Shown piece after piece: positions 34,338 to 47,711 of a stretch of DNA of 64,000 nucleotides. Each line of letters opens with the position of its first letter. Position 1 is the first letter of the stretch. The stretch is from positions 138,322,001 through 138,386,000 of the forward strand of contig CM097883.1 in the NCBI GenBank assembly GCA_044892505.1. Reading direction: 5' to 3'. The position numbers were made by a program, and so were the translations under genes. The notes beneath the pieces were generated by a model, which saw only the letters and a list, made by a program, of their open reading frames with translations, had not been told where the DNA came from and did no database searches. Source of the DNA: Schmidtea nova. Taxonomy: Eukaryota.

Positions 34338-35065
34338 AATTTTGTGTTATCTTAAAAAGTTTATGTTTCCTTTAAATTGATTTGGTAAATTGACAAATAA
34401 TTAGATCAATATAGTATAAAAGTATAAATTCATATCACAAATTATCTAGTAAAGGCAAATAAATAATTAAGCGAGCATTTTGATTTAAACACTTCTCGCA
34501 GAATACGTAATGTCGAAAATAAATTTTCTAAAAAGATTATTGCGGAATATCTAAGCAAATGATTTAAGCATAAGTCCTTCTAACGGCAGCGATGAACCCG
34601 TAAACATAAATGGGGAGTAGTACTAGCAATAGTGCTCACCTGCCCATCATTGTTTAACCACCCTGCGCATCACCAACTTGATTATATAGGGAAATAATCA
34701 AGGGCGCTGGAGTGTAGAATTGCAATTTTATGCATGATCATGGATGAGGGATCCCTAGTCATTGTTAGAACATTTTTCATCTAACCCCTCCATGAACCCA
34801 GCACAGCTGTGTCACAGTTATTTTGCTATTAAATAATAAATACAGCAATAACAGTAATTTGAAAAATGTGTTATTTTTTAAACTGTACGTTTGGTTATTG
34901 GGGGTCAAAGCTCTGTGACGTCATATTAGCCACAACGCTACGGGTATTAATCGAATCCATTAGAACAAAATACATAAGAACAAAATCTGTATTCGTTATC
35001 CTCATGGATATAAAGTAGATTGCCCCTTATCCTTATTTTTTTCTGTGTGCCCATATTGTTTATAA

Positions 35066-37426
35066 TTATCTGCTACCTCTTCTTATCTCTTCTACGTTTC
35101 TGTTATTATCAGAATCTGAACGTTTCATTCTTTTAATTATGGTTTGTATGTCTACATCATCGTCTTGTCCCCAATCATGTTCATGTACTTTCAATTCGCA
35201 CAAAACCCTCTCTGATTCTAGATCGTCGTTATCTGTCCTTTTTACATCTATTAATTCATCGTATACTTTTACGTTTCGACACTTCATCGGTTCTTTATGC
35301 TTAAGTAAGCATTGTTCACATGGAGGTAACCTGGACATCGCATCAGCGTTTATGTGTTCTTCGCCCTTTCTATATTCGACAATTATGTCGTAGACTTCTA
35401 GTTTGGCTCTCCAAACACAGTATTGTGATGTGTTTGAACTATCCAATTTTAATAACCATTTCAGTGCCTGGTGGTCAATTCTCACTAAAAACTTTGATCC
35501 CATCAAATAATGTTTAAATTTCAGCACAAACGTATATATTGCCAATAGTTTTTTTCTTGTTATACAATATTTTCTCTGACTCTTACTCATGGTTTTTGAT
35601 GCATAACACAAAACCTTTTCTTCTCCATTTTGTCTCTGTGACAAAACGGCTCCCATACTATTGTGTGAATCGTCCGTTTCCAGTATATATTCCCCTTCCT
35701 TATTTGGCAAGGTCAACACCGGTGGCGTTGACAGTCTGTTTTAAGTTCGTAAAATGTTCCTTTTCTATCTTCATTCCACACATAATTATTTTTTACTCTT
35801 TAACATTGAACTCAATTTTTCTGATGTCGCTGTATAATTTTTTATAAATCTACGGTAATAATTGCAAAATCCTAAGATGGTCTGCAATTCTTTTTTACAT
35901 GTTGGCATTGACCATGATCGCATACTGTCAATTTTCTCTGGGTCAGTTTTTACCCCATTCTCATTGATGAGATGTCTTAAATAATTAACTTCTGTTTTTA
36001 AAAATGAACACTTAGCTAGTGATAATTTCTGTCCAGATTCTTTAATTCGGTGTAATACAGTGTTCAATCTTTGATTATGTTCTTTGATGGTTTTCCCAAC
36101 TTTAAGAACATCATCCAAATATACGATACACTTAATCCAATTTTCATTTCTCAAGACCATGTTCATAAGCTTCTGAAAAGTGGCCGGTGCGGAACACAAT
36201 CCAAATGGCATTCGTGTAAATTCAAATTGTCCATACTTTGTGCTAAAAGCTGTCTTCTCCATGTCACCTTCTTTTATTGGTACTTGGTAGTAACCATTTG
36301 ATAGATCTTATGTAGAGAAAAACTTTGCTCTTCCAAGTATATCAAAAAGATCTTCCGCAGCTGGTATTGGAAAAATTGGTCTTGCCGTCTTTGCGTTCAG
36401 TGCCCTATAATCGACGCACATTCTAATATCACCATTATTTTTCCTTACAACCACAATCGGAAAATTCCATGCTGATTTGCTCGGTCTCACAATTCTAGCT
36501 CTTAATAAATCTTGTACCATGTGGTCAACCTCTTCCTCCAGACCTAATGGTACCTTCCTCGGTTTAAAAGTAATTGACCGAGCGTTCCCAGTGTCAATTT
36601 CATGATGTACTGATGTACTTTTCACAATATCCATTTTATATTTACTAAAAACATCCTTATTTTCTTCTATTGTTTTCATTAACTCCTTTCTTTCGCTATA
36701 TTTAATAGTACGATCTAAAGAATCTTCTATACTTCGTAATATTTTATCGACTGCCGTGATTTCTCTTCGCTGTTATGATGATGACATACTTCCAATAGTA
36801 GCCTTTTCTGCCGTTTTATCGTAAAATCTTTCTATATAACCTAAAGTTGTTCCTACATGCAAATGTTTATTACCACCTTCCATCATATCTATTTTTATTA
36901 ATACATATCCTTCATCAACTTTAAGCACGTAATCACTTATCAAAATTTCTCTCTCTGCCATTTTGACTCTTTCACAATAAACACACAACTTTGATTAATA
37001 TTCTTTAATCTCTTGTTCTGCTTATCTATTGCCATTCCTCTGATAAAATACTTCTTCATAAAATTCTTCTTCATCAAGTTTATGCTTCAAAATATCTTTT
37101 GTAAGTTTCTCAATTTTTGAGCAGAATTCTTCGGCTGCATCATTTCCTTGACGATAATTTAGCGCTTCGTTGAGATCATCGAAAAGACTTCTGTTCTTAG
37201 CAAAAGCGTTTCTTAATCTTTCTGTATAATGCAGAGTTTCATTTGTCAACTCATATTTCTTCGTTGCATTGATTGATATAAAAGCTTTGACGAATTTGCT
37301 TCTGTACTCATCAACAATATTTTTCATCTCGAAGAATCGTTCTGTTTCTAAGATGAAATGTTCCACGTCTGAATCCATGTCATATGTTTCTGGTGGTTTG
37401 ATAAAATTTGCAATCGTGGTCGCCAT
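35066..37426 (-). mobile_element. Decayed, internally deleted Ty3/Gypsy element (gag, RT and RNase H pieces)
   Basis: RMCVDYRALN, PFGLCSAPATFQK, YLDDVL, ETDDSHNSMGAVL, HINADAMSR spread over frameshifted ORFs. Confidence 0.9.
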
Positions 37427-37949
37427 ATTACCCGAGTATTAATCGAATCCATAAGAACAAATTATAATAACACGTTTATTGATTAATAACGTTAATTTGT
37501 TTGAGGAGTTTCTAAAAATAATAATTAATGTATAAGTAAGGATTTCCAAATACAATCAAACATGCGCAGCATCATACCACTATATTTTAATACAAATTAC
37601 AAAAACGCCTCACAGTACATATTTACGAATTTGTTACATTATCATTACTGATCCATTTGGTAATGTACAGTTGATTCATCACAGATCTATTACCGATCAC
37701 ACGCAAACGAATTCAGATTCAATACTGATCCCATCAGATCCTTTGAAGATGCATTTCGAATTTTTTGCTATCATACACGCCATAGTATTATCTGCTCGCT
37801 CATAGCCGATTAATTGCAGGTTCATTACCGGTCCCACGTAGGAACATTGTAGATCCAATGAAGACCAATGTAGATCCTTGCATATGCAGTTCGGATACAT
37901 ACATTAAGAATATGAAGTGAGAATATGAAGTAAGAATATTGAAGTGAGT

Positions 37950-38384
37950 AAAACTATTTATGATTGGAAAAAGAACAAAGAATGATTGTAAAATTTTATC
38001 AGCTGAATCCTAAATTCACCTCGTTAATAGATGTACAGCAAAAAATGCAAAATATTCCAAGCTGGATGATCAATTATGGATATGGTTCTTGCAGAAAAGA
38101 ACTACTGGTATACCAATCAGTAGTTTAATTCAAAAAGAGAAGGCTTTGAAATTTCATAAAAAATTATCAATTGAAGTAAATTTTGTAGCAAATGATGGAT
38201 GGTTTTCAAGATAGGAAAACACTGAGTATAGAACTTACGTATTTTCGGAGAAAAACTATCTTATAGTGAAAATACAGCTAAGAAATTATAGAATGTTTTA
38301 TTATTTATTTTTATTACCATCATTTTATTCGGACTATTTTTTACTTTTCCGGTCCCCACCGTCCGAATAATAGAACCTTTACTG
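37950..38384 (+). mobile_element. Tigger/pogo remnant
   Basis: KYSKLDDQLWIWFLQKRTTGIPIS..FVANDGWFSR (CENP-B-type HTH); ends ..TTTACTG|TA. Confidence 0.6.
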
Positions 38385-39169
38385 TAATATATTTTATGTA
38401 AATTTTACATTAAGACTTTAAAGTGAGTTGTCATCAAAATTTAACATAACAGTGAATAAAATGCTCGAAAATAAACTTTATTGACTGAAATTTAAATTAA
38501 TAGTAATTTTATTCAGCCATTTTATATTTATTTCAACAAAATTTCAGCTCATTGAACTTATCTAATCCTGTCAGAAATTTTCACAGTGAAACTAATAGCA
38601 ACAGGAATCATGGATATCTAGTAGCCTAGCAACAAAGAATAATTAGATTGATATTTTGCGTATGAGAATTGTTCGTTTTAAATCGAAAATAAATCATTAT
38701 CTAGTAAATAAACTTAACAGACATTGTCGACTTATAAAATTTTAAACATTTTTTATTTTTAAATAATAACTACAAGATTCATGAATTTTCTCGTTCTAGT
38801 TATATTATTGTATCACTCATGAATTTATAATTATAGAAATTCAGCTAGGAATATATTGGCACCAATCAAAAAATATAAATTGTGCTAGCCAAATGATTAA
38901 ATTGGTCGTAGAAAATTTAAGAAATTCGTAATAAATAGGAATATATTTACATATAAAGCATGCTACATTATTGACATTTACAAGTTAGTTAATTTTAATC
39001 AATCAAATATAGTTTTACATAGCTACGGTTGCTATGACACACAGCATGTACGTGTGCATTCTCTACTTGAGTACTGAACAAATCGATTCAGTACTGTCAG
39101 TAGTATAAATACGAAAGAGAAAATTGTCATTTCATTAGTTTTAATTTCTAACAAAAAATTTGATTCAAA

Positions 39170-40554
<1,385 letters not shown>

Positions 40555-42058
40555 ATTAACAATTAGATTTGAAAAACGTTTTTTGATAAATTTTTGTAAG
40601 GTTTTTTATTTTCTCTATTTTACACTAAAATTAGTTTATTATTTTCGTGAAGTTTTGAAATTTATTATGGTTAAATACACAAGTTCATTTTTAATGAATT
40701 TTTAGCACATTAATTTACACGATATATCGAAATTCAAATAAGAGTTTTATGTTAGTTTATCATATAAGATTGGATCTGATTGAGTTTGTTTGATTATGCT
40801 AGACTAATCAATTGTTAAACGAGCCTTGTTTGAATATTTAATTTTAATGTTATTCTATTTTATTGCATACGTTTTTTTGTATGCCATATAGATTTTCGTC
40901 TGATTTTGATATTATGTCAAATTTCTTTTATTTAAATTTGTTCAAAACTTTTTTATTCAAATAAAATATATAATTATAAATAAATGACTTTTTATTTATA
41001 AACATTTAAAATTATTGTTGAATTGTATTAAATTTTGAAATCTGGATGTTTGTTGAATTTCTTTTAATTTTGATACTTCATAAGCTTTTATAAATTCAGA
41101 TAATATCTAATCACTTAATGAATTATGTTTTCATCAATTTGTGTAAATTTGACATTTAATGTTGTTTTATTTTAATTAATATATAATATAATTTAGGATA
41201 TAAAATCAAAAAATTAATACACATAATCAAACTTAAGTTATATTTAATGATTAAAATATAATGTAAGTGATATTTTATGTAGCAATTCTTAATTTATCAC
41301 TATATATTGTAAAATAGTAAAACAAATTGTATATACAAAATTAATAAATATCAATTTAAATTTAATGGTATTTTTTTAAAATATGAAATTAATATAATCA
41401 ATTTAAAATGTAACAGTAACCTGTTAACTTACAAATTTTAAATGAAATTATAAAAAATGTTTTCATTAGCTTTGGAAATGTATCTTATATACTCGAGCTC
41501 TAGCAAAATTAGCAGTAAGAACTGTCAATCTTTAATACAAGTCCGAATTTAAACTAATTAAATTAAAATTCGATACTATTAAATAAGAACTTAGCATTTA
41601 AAAATATTAATATCACATTAATAAATCAATAAAGCTACTAACTGTGGTTGTTACCGTGGAAATTAAAGCAAATGTTATAATTAGTTATAAGAATCAACGA
41701 AAAAAATAAACATTGAAAATATATTTACAAGATATAATCCTTATTTAAACGGTCAATTAAAGAATGAATTTTTTTTGTCATTTGATTGACTTTCACTTTC
41801 AAAATATTTAGATTTAAGTAACAATTTAAAAAATGCGTGTTTTGTTTAAATGGGTTGTATTTACAATTAATACTGAATAATAAGAGCTTTCAAAGATATC
41901 AAAATTCAACGGTAACTAAGATTTGTCAAAATCATGGTAACTTATGTGCATTTAAACAAAGTTACTATGGTATTATTAATATAAAATTAAAATAAAAAAT
42001 TTTAACAATGTCATTTTGAATTTGTTTGTTATCGTTTATTGTCAATATTTATTCATGG

Positions 42059-42296
42059 ATTTATTCTTTACAAATTGTAAAATATATATTGAATGAGAAC
42101 TATTGACATGTATATTCATGGATTTATTCTTTACGAATTGTAAAATATATATTGAATGAGAACTATTGACATGTATATTCAATTTATTCTTTACGAATTG
42201 TAAAATATATATTGAATGAGAACTATTGACATGTATATTCAATTTATTCTTTACGAATTGTAAAATATATATTGAATGAGAACTATTGACATGTAA
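42059..42296. repeat. Minisatellite, ~60-bp unit x4
   Basis: atttattctttacgaattgtaaaatatatattgaatgagaactattgacatgta at 42059, 42122, 42182 and 42242. Confidence 0.95.
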
Positions 42297-43300
42297 CTGA
42301 ATTTCAGGAATCGTCTTGGAACTTAGTGCACTTTCACATTGAATTTATTTAATATTACATAATATAAATGACAATAAAATTTCTGGTTTGCAGAGGAATG
42401 TTGGTAGGTGTGTAATCTTGAATTTCCATGGTGATCGTAGTTATAGTTTCTGTTGGTGTATGGTTCATTAAATTCTTATTTTTACTAAGGTAACCTAGAT
42501 GCCTTAATAAAAACAACTGTCCTCACTTCTGTACTGTTAGGTTTGATGTGAATGATGTTCTTGTTCTTTCTCGCATACAACTAATAACTTGCTCATAAAG
42601 CCCTCAGGAAGGTGGAACTAATTGATGTGCATACATATTGTCACTCGATAGTTCACTACGTTGGTGATGTATACCATGATCTGTGGTTTCAAAAGGCAGA
42701 TGAATTTTTTCTACAAAAACTACTCCCTGTTAAACACCTACTTCACTGGGTTGATTTTCAGGATGATAGAAGACCCTTTGATTGTTCATTGGATCTTTTG
42801 TACAGCACTCTCCTTTACATCTTCTACTTTGTTTTATTCGGTGGTGACCCTCTCTCTAACCGTTTTTTAATTTTATATAAAACAAAATTAACGATAAACA
42901 CATTCCAATACAGCTATATACACAACTTTTATAGGATCACAATCTCATCCAATAGTTCTTGTTCGGTTAACTAATTTATCCAGCCTACTTGATTTATCAA
43001 TTGTATATGGAACTGGAACCGTTTCTTTCGTTTCCTTTAACTAGGTTTCGGTTGTAACTTGCAAACATGGCGTATTAATTTCATTTCCGCCTCTGCGCAC
43101 TAAAAGGGTTCAACAGAAACTGTTTGCAAGCGCACCCGACTACCTTAGCTTCATTATTTCAATTACTTCAAATACCTTTTGAAAAATACATTTGTCGGGT
43201 GACTTATTTGTTTTTAACAAGTAAAGCTTGTGATACTTTGTGATACCCAGTGCCAATCCCCAATAGCAGACTAGTTTCGAGCTTTTGGCTCTCATCAGTG

Positions 43301-44038
43301 CTATGCAGGAGACGCGAATATTTCTCTCCGTGCCAGGTAAGGATAATAATAATAATTGATGTTCAAATGAGCCAAGACGCTTGCAAAGGCATGTTTATTA
43401 TCATCATATATTTGATCTTGAATCGAAGAAATACTCTTCCCATCATCCATCCAAATCTTTATCAAGCATTTCATGGAAAGTGCCACACACAAATTAACCA
43501 AGCACTCAAAAGCATCAGAACCGATTGTAAGGATTAAATGGTTTATTATTGCACCAAAATTACAGTTATTGATATGATTAAAAGTTTGAATGATCAAAAT
43601 CAGATTAGGATATTTGAAAGGAGTCATTGCCTTGTAAATCCATATCATGCTCTTTAATAACGGACTCGATACATGGAAATCAGACGCTTGCAAATTCAAT
43701 AGTATTTTATACAAAATACTCTCAGTTTTTTCCCATATTGGAATGTTGATTTCACATCGTTGAGTGATTTCTAAATTTGTTGAAGCCATTTGTTGAATCA
43801 AATTCGAAATATTATTAAACAAGCCATTTATGTCCATATTCATGTTTTCATGATCAATATTCTTCAATGTAAACAATCTTCTGTTGCAGGTCGAAGTTGC
43901 AATTAAAAACTGGCAAAATGGATACCAATTAACGTGATATTTCAAATTAACATATTCATCATCATTGTTTCTAGAAGAATCAAACGAAAGAAAAGATTCT
44001 TTAATCAACCTAAGTCTTCTTGCAATGTCAGATTCCAT
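43301..44038 (-). CDS. 245-aa intronless ORF of unknown function downstream of the motif module
   Basis: Intact frame in AT-rich DNA; no family recognised. Confidence 0.45.
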   Translation of the reverse strand: MESDIARRLRLIKESFLSFDSSRNNDDEYVNLKYHVNWYPFCQFLIATSTCNRRLFTLKNIDHENMNMDINGLFNNISNLIQQMASTNLEITQRCEINIPIWEKTESILYKILLNLQASDFHVSSPLLKSMIWIYKAMTPFKYPNLILIIQTFNHINNCNFGAIINHLILTIGSDAFECLVNLCVALSMKCLIKIWMDDGKSISSIQDQIYDDNKHAFASVLAHLNINYYYYPYLARREIFASPA

Positions 44039-44554
44039 TCCAATTCAAATTCAAAATATAAGACCCGCAAAATAGTTTTTTAAACCAACTCCAAAACCCG
44101 TTCGGCCAAACAAAACTTCAAATCTCTAAATAATCAAACGCGAATTTCTAAAATTAAAATCAATTCACAACTCAAAATAACCATAATTACTCACGCGCAC
44201 ACACACGAATAAAATCAGAAAAATCACGAGCGCTCACAGGCGTGATGGCAATGAAAATACAACCACGCGCACACAGACGCGACACATCCAAATCATTTCT
44301 GCGCACATGCGCACATAGAAATCACCAATAATAATAATAACAACTTATAAAAAACTTATAAAAAACTAATAAAAAATTATATAAATAAAAAATTTAAAAA
44401 AATGATAACAAATAAATTAACAAATCTATAATTGAGTGACAATAAATCAAGCAAAATAGTCATGATCATTATTTAAATAGTCAATGAAATCATCTGGATT
44501 GCCTGGATCATTTCCTTCATTATTTGAGTGTTGATACAAAACTGAAGTGATTGG

Positions 44555-45500
44555 TTAATTGAAAGGTTCTGGATCGTCACCTGGTTCATCAATAAAGGTA
44601 TCATCCACCCGAAAATTGCCATAGGCTAAACTTTTATTTTTTGTGACCCAAAACCTTGTGTCGTCCATATTTGTAAGTGCTTTTTTGTTGTTCTTAATGT
44701 TATATAGCTGATGATTTTTGCTGCATATTCTAAATTGCGGTACCTTATAAATCCTATTGCTCACATAACAATCAAGATACGACTCAAGACTCAGTCCAGT
44801 TACTCTCATGTTACTCTCATCACCCAACAAACTGTAACATTTAGGCCTCAGGAACACCCACTCCTTATATAATAGTCCTTAACTCTCGTCTTTGAACTTG
44901 CCAATGACAGAATCGAGGTTCCTATTATTTAACGGATGATTAGGGTCATAATTGGATGTGTCAAGCAACTGGTCTCTAATCATAGCAGCTAATAGAATAT
45001 CAAGACTACAATTTTTAATCTCCAAAAAGAAGGAATCAGTGTCTCCAGCAACTATATTAATCTGACAGTTCAATTCGTTACGATATTTTTGTAACTCATT
45101 GTACTGCAGCTCGTACATTCTCAGTTAGGATAAATCTAGTACAGTTTGCCCAATGTAACTAGGTCTATCCAAACACACCGATTCCTTCCTAAGCAAAACC
45201 GAAATCAAATCGTCGTATATCCTTGTGGTTTTTCTAAATTCCAGTTTTGAGGCATATGTGATTAGTTTTTGTGCTGAATTGCAGAGTCACAGATTAATGC
45301 GTTTTTTCAAGTTCTCAACAGTCTTTCCATACAAACTGTTGTTGAGCAACTTTTAGTAATTTTTGTCTAATTTATTTGTTGATGTTGCTCTTAACTGTGT
45401 GTTTGTGTCAATGTAATTTTTAATTACATAGCTTTGATCGAATTTAATTGCCCTATGTATTTTTGATACAAGTGCACTTAAATAAATAAAAATTTGTAGA
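44555..45500 (-). pseudogene. Polinton/Maverick protein-primed DNA polymerase B, C-terminal fragment
   Basis: SKIHRAIKFDQS, KLLNNSLYGKTVEN, AGDTDSFF, VIGKFKDE, FLRPKCYS, KALTNMDDTR, LAYGN across broken frames. Confidence 0.88.
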
Positions 45501-45506
45501 AGCCTT

Positions 45507-45960
45507 AGTAGTAGGAAGTGAGCCCGCAAGATATAGGTCAACCCCCCTAGAAATTTTTTTATGTAAGTCAATTTAAGGTCAAATTTTTCGCTTAAGGTCA
45601 CTTTGAGGCTACTTTAAGGACAAAAGGTAGGTCAAGGTCGTTTTAAGGGCACTATAAGGACAAAATAAGTAGGTCAAATATTTTAAGGTTGCTATGACCA
45701 CGAATTAAGCAGGTCAACTTTATTTTTTCAAAATTTTTCTATGTCAAAAAAAGTAGGTCAAGAAAAATTTTTCTATGTCAGAAAAAAGTAGGTCAACTTA
45801 ATATATGAAAAATATTTTTATTTAAAGTAAAATTAGGAACTTTTTATATGAAAAATTAGTTTTTATTAAAGACCAATTAAATACTTTATATGAAAATTAT
45901 TTAATTTAAGTAGGTCATATGTGAAATATATTTATTTAATTTAAATAAAGAAGGTCACAT
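45507..45960 (+). repeat. Candidate Polinton terminus (AGTAGTAG) with an array of 10 co-oriented AGGTCA motifs
   Basis: AGTAGTAG at 45507, about where pPolB homology stops; AGGTCA at 45535, 45576, 45595, 45629, 45671, 45711, 45755, 45790, 45912 and 45952. Confidence 0.5.
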
Positions 45961-46625
45961 ATGATACTATTCAAAGACAAATTAGTTCATATATGAAATA
46001 CTTTATTTAATTTAAATAATATATGTCATAGATAAAAAGATTTTTATTTAAGGCGGAATTACTTAATTCATATGATAAAATATTTTAATTTAGATGGTGT
46101 ATGAAAAATCGAATAATAATTAATATAACATTATTATTTTAATAATTTTTATTATTTACTTAAAAAATTTATTATTATTATTAACATCTATCAAGGAAAG
46201 AGAAGGACAAGACGAAGGACAAGTGCTTAATATTGCCAGTCCTAAAGAGCGGTGATTAAATGCATGTGCCTAAAAGACACGCTGGGCAAGTAATCGCGTC
46301 CACAAGGGTCGTCGGTGCCTCCCAAAAAGTGGGGTCAATAGGACCTGGGCATCAATAGTTCGCTATCTATAGCGATCACATCTCAGATAATCAAGGGTAG
46401 CCAGCTACCAAGATATCATCAACAACGTAGTGTTTCATACGCCATGAATGTGCCGGCAAAGTTATTGTCATAGACACTATGACCGAATTTACTGAATGTG
46501 TATACAACCATACTCAATCATCGCAGAGGCCTCCCATTAGGTTGGATAACGGTCATCCACCACAATTACTAGCATGCTTAATTTAAAAAATAAAATAAGG
46601 GATAACAAACCCCCAACCCTCATTT

Positions 46626-47711
46626 TGTTGGGCCAAAACGCAATTTGTTTTAATAAAGCGATAACCCCATAGGTAGAGAACGCGCAAGATTCCATTTTTA
46701 ACCCTAGCATCCATTAAAAATCCAACAATTAAGTGGAAAACACCAAAAGGTGAAGTGGAATCAAAACACATCAACCGGTAGAGTACGCGCTAGCTGCGAA
46801 TTTGTAAGTCTTTTCACTGAAATCTCAAGAAAAATTAAAAGCAGAATGTTTGAAAGTTAGAATAGGCGGAAAACCCATTGAAAATGCCCATAAAGAACAG
46901 AATTTTTCCATAAACCTTTAGTACAGAAAAATTAACAAAATTTTAGAAGAAAATTGTGATTTTATCACAGAATTTCACATTCAACAATAGAAAGAATTAA
47001 TATTGATCGGAATATCATAAATTAAATCAAAACGAACAAATTTCGATTCAAACATAAAAATTTCGAATTAAAATAAATTATTTATGGTCTATAAAAAATT
47101 ATTATACAAAAATATGGAATTAATTTTCGGAAAATCATTAGAATTAATTTAGAAAAAATTAAGAGAAAATTCTAGAATAATTTGTTTTATTGCACTAGTG
47201 AAGATAGGGTAAAATCGACGGTATATATACCGCCATCAAAATGGCAGAATTCAGAATTTGTGAGATTTCCATAGAATTTGTAGAAAAAAAAATTTTCGAT
47301 TTAAAAATCTAAATTCTACTCCCGAAGAAAAGTTAATTTAAATTCTACTTCAGAAGAAAGCTTAATTTAAGAGAATTTTTGTGAGAATCTTGTGAGAATT
47401 TTGTCCAGAATTTCAGAATTTGAGAATTTGTGGCAGAATTTGTAGAATTTTCTAGAAAATTGAACTTAATTTCAGAATTTAATTTTCCGAAGAATATAAA
47501 CGTAAGGGTTAATTGGATTGATTATTATTATTATTTTATTGGGATTGGAATGGTCGTTTATCATGCCTAACGATCCTTCCATTCCTCGCCTTTTCTCATA
47601 TAATATGTTATTTATTGTGTTATTCATCATGTAATCTTATATTATTAAAATATTTAATGATTAGTTTTTATTAATTTTTCTTGTTAAAATTTTTGTTACA
47701 AATTCCCAACA
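46626..47711 (+). repeat. Solo LTR candidate TGTTGGG...CCCAACA
   Basis: 7-bp terminal inverted repeat; flanks CATTT / CATTC (5-bp TSD with one mismatch); 5' part homologous to 23114 and 63815. Confidence 0.6.

Noticed and set aside
31323-34930. Harbinger-like ends (gggctcgtccgtaaatgacgtcacg and tgtgacgtcata) that might bracket the two-ORF cassette
   Set aside because: The right end is too short and mismatched, and there is no TSD, so they cannot be paired from sequence alone.
34943-37465. 30-bp direct repeat gtattaatcgaatccat(t/a)agaacaaa as paired LTRs of the minus-strand Gypsy
   Set aside because: Similarity does not extend beyond about 30 bp, and no TG..CA limits or TSD could be defined.
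37697-37900. Cys-containing 67-aa ORF suggestive of a C-type lectin exon
   Set aside because: Diagnostic WIGL/EPN-type motifs are absent and there is no splice support.
42059-42296. Tandem repeats as possible CRISPR arrays (also 18707-18883 and 13129-13243)
   Set aside because: No unique spacers of regular length, no cas genes, eukaryotic context.
46200-46570. GC-richer island (also 42420-43030 and 47770-48400)
   Set aside because: No recognisable protein or RNA motif in any frame; probably old TE fragments, left unannotated.
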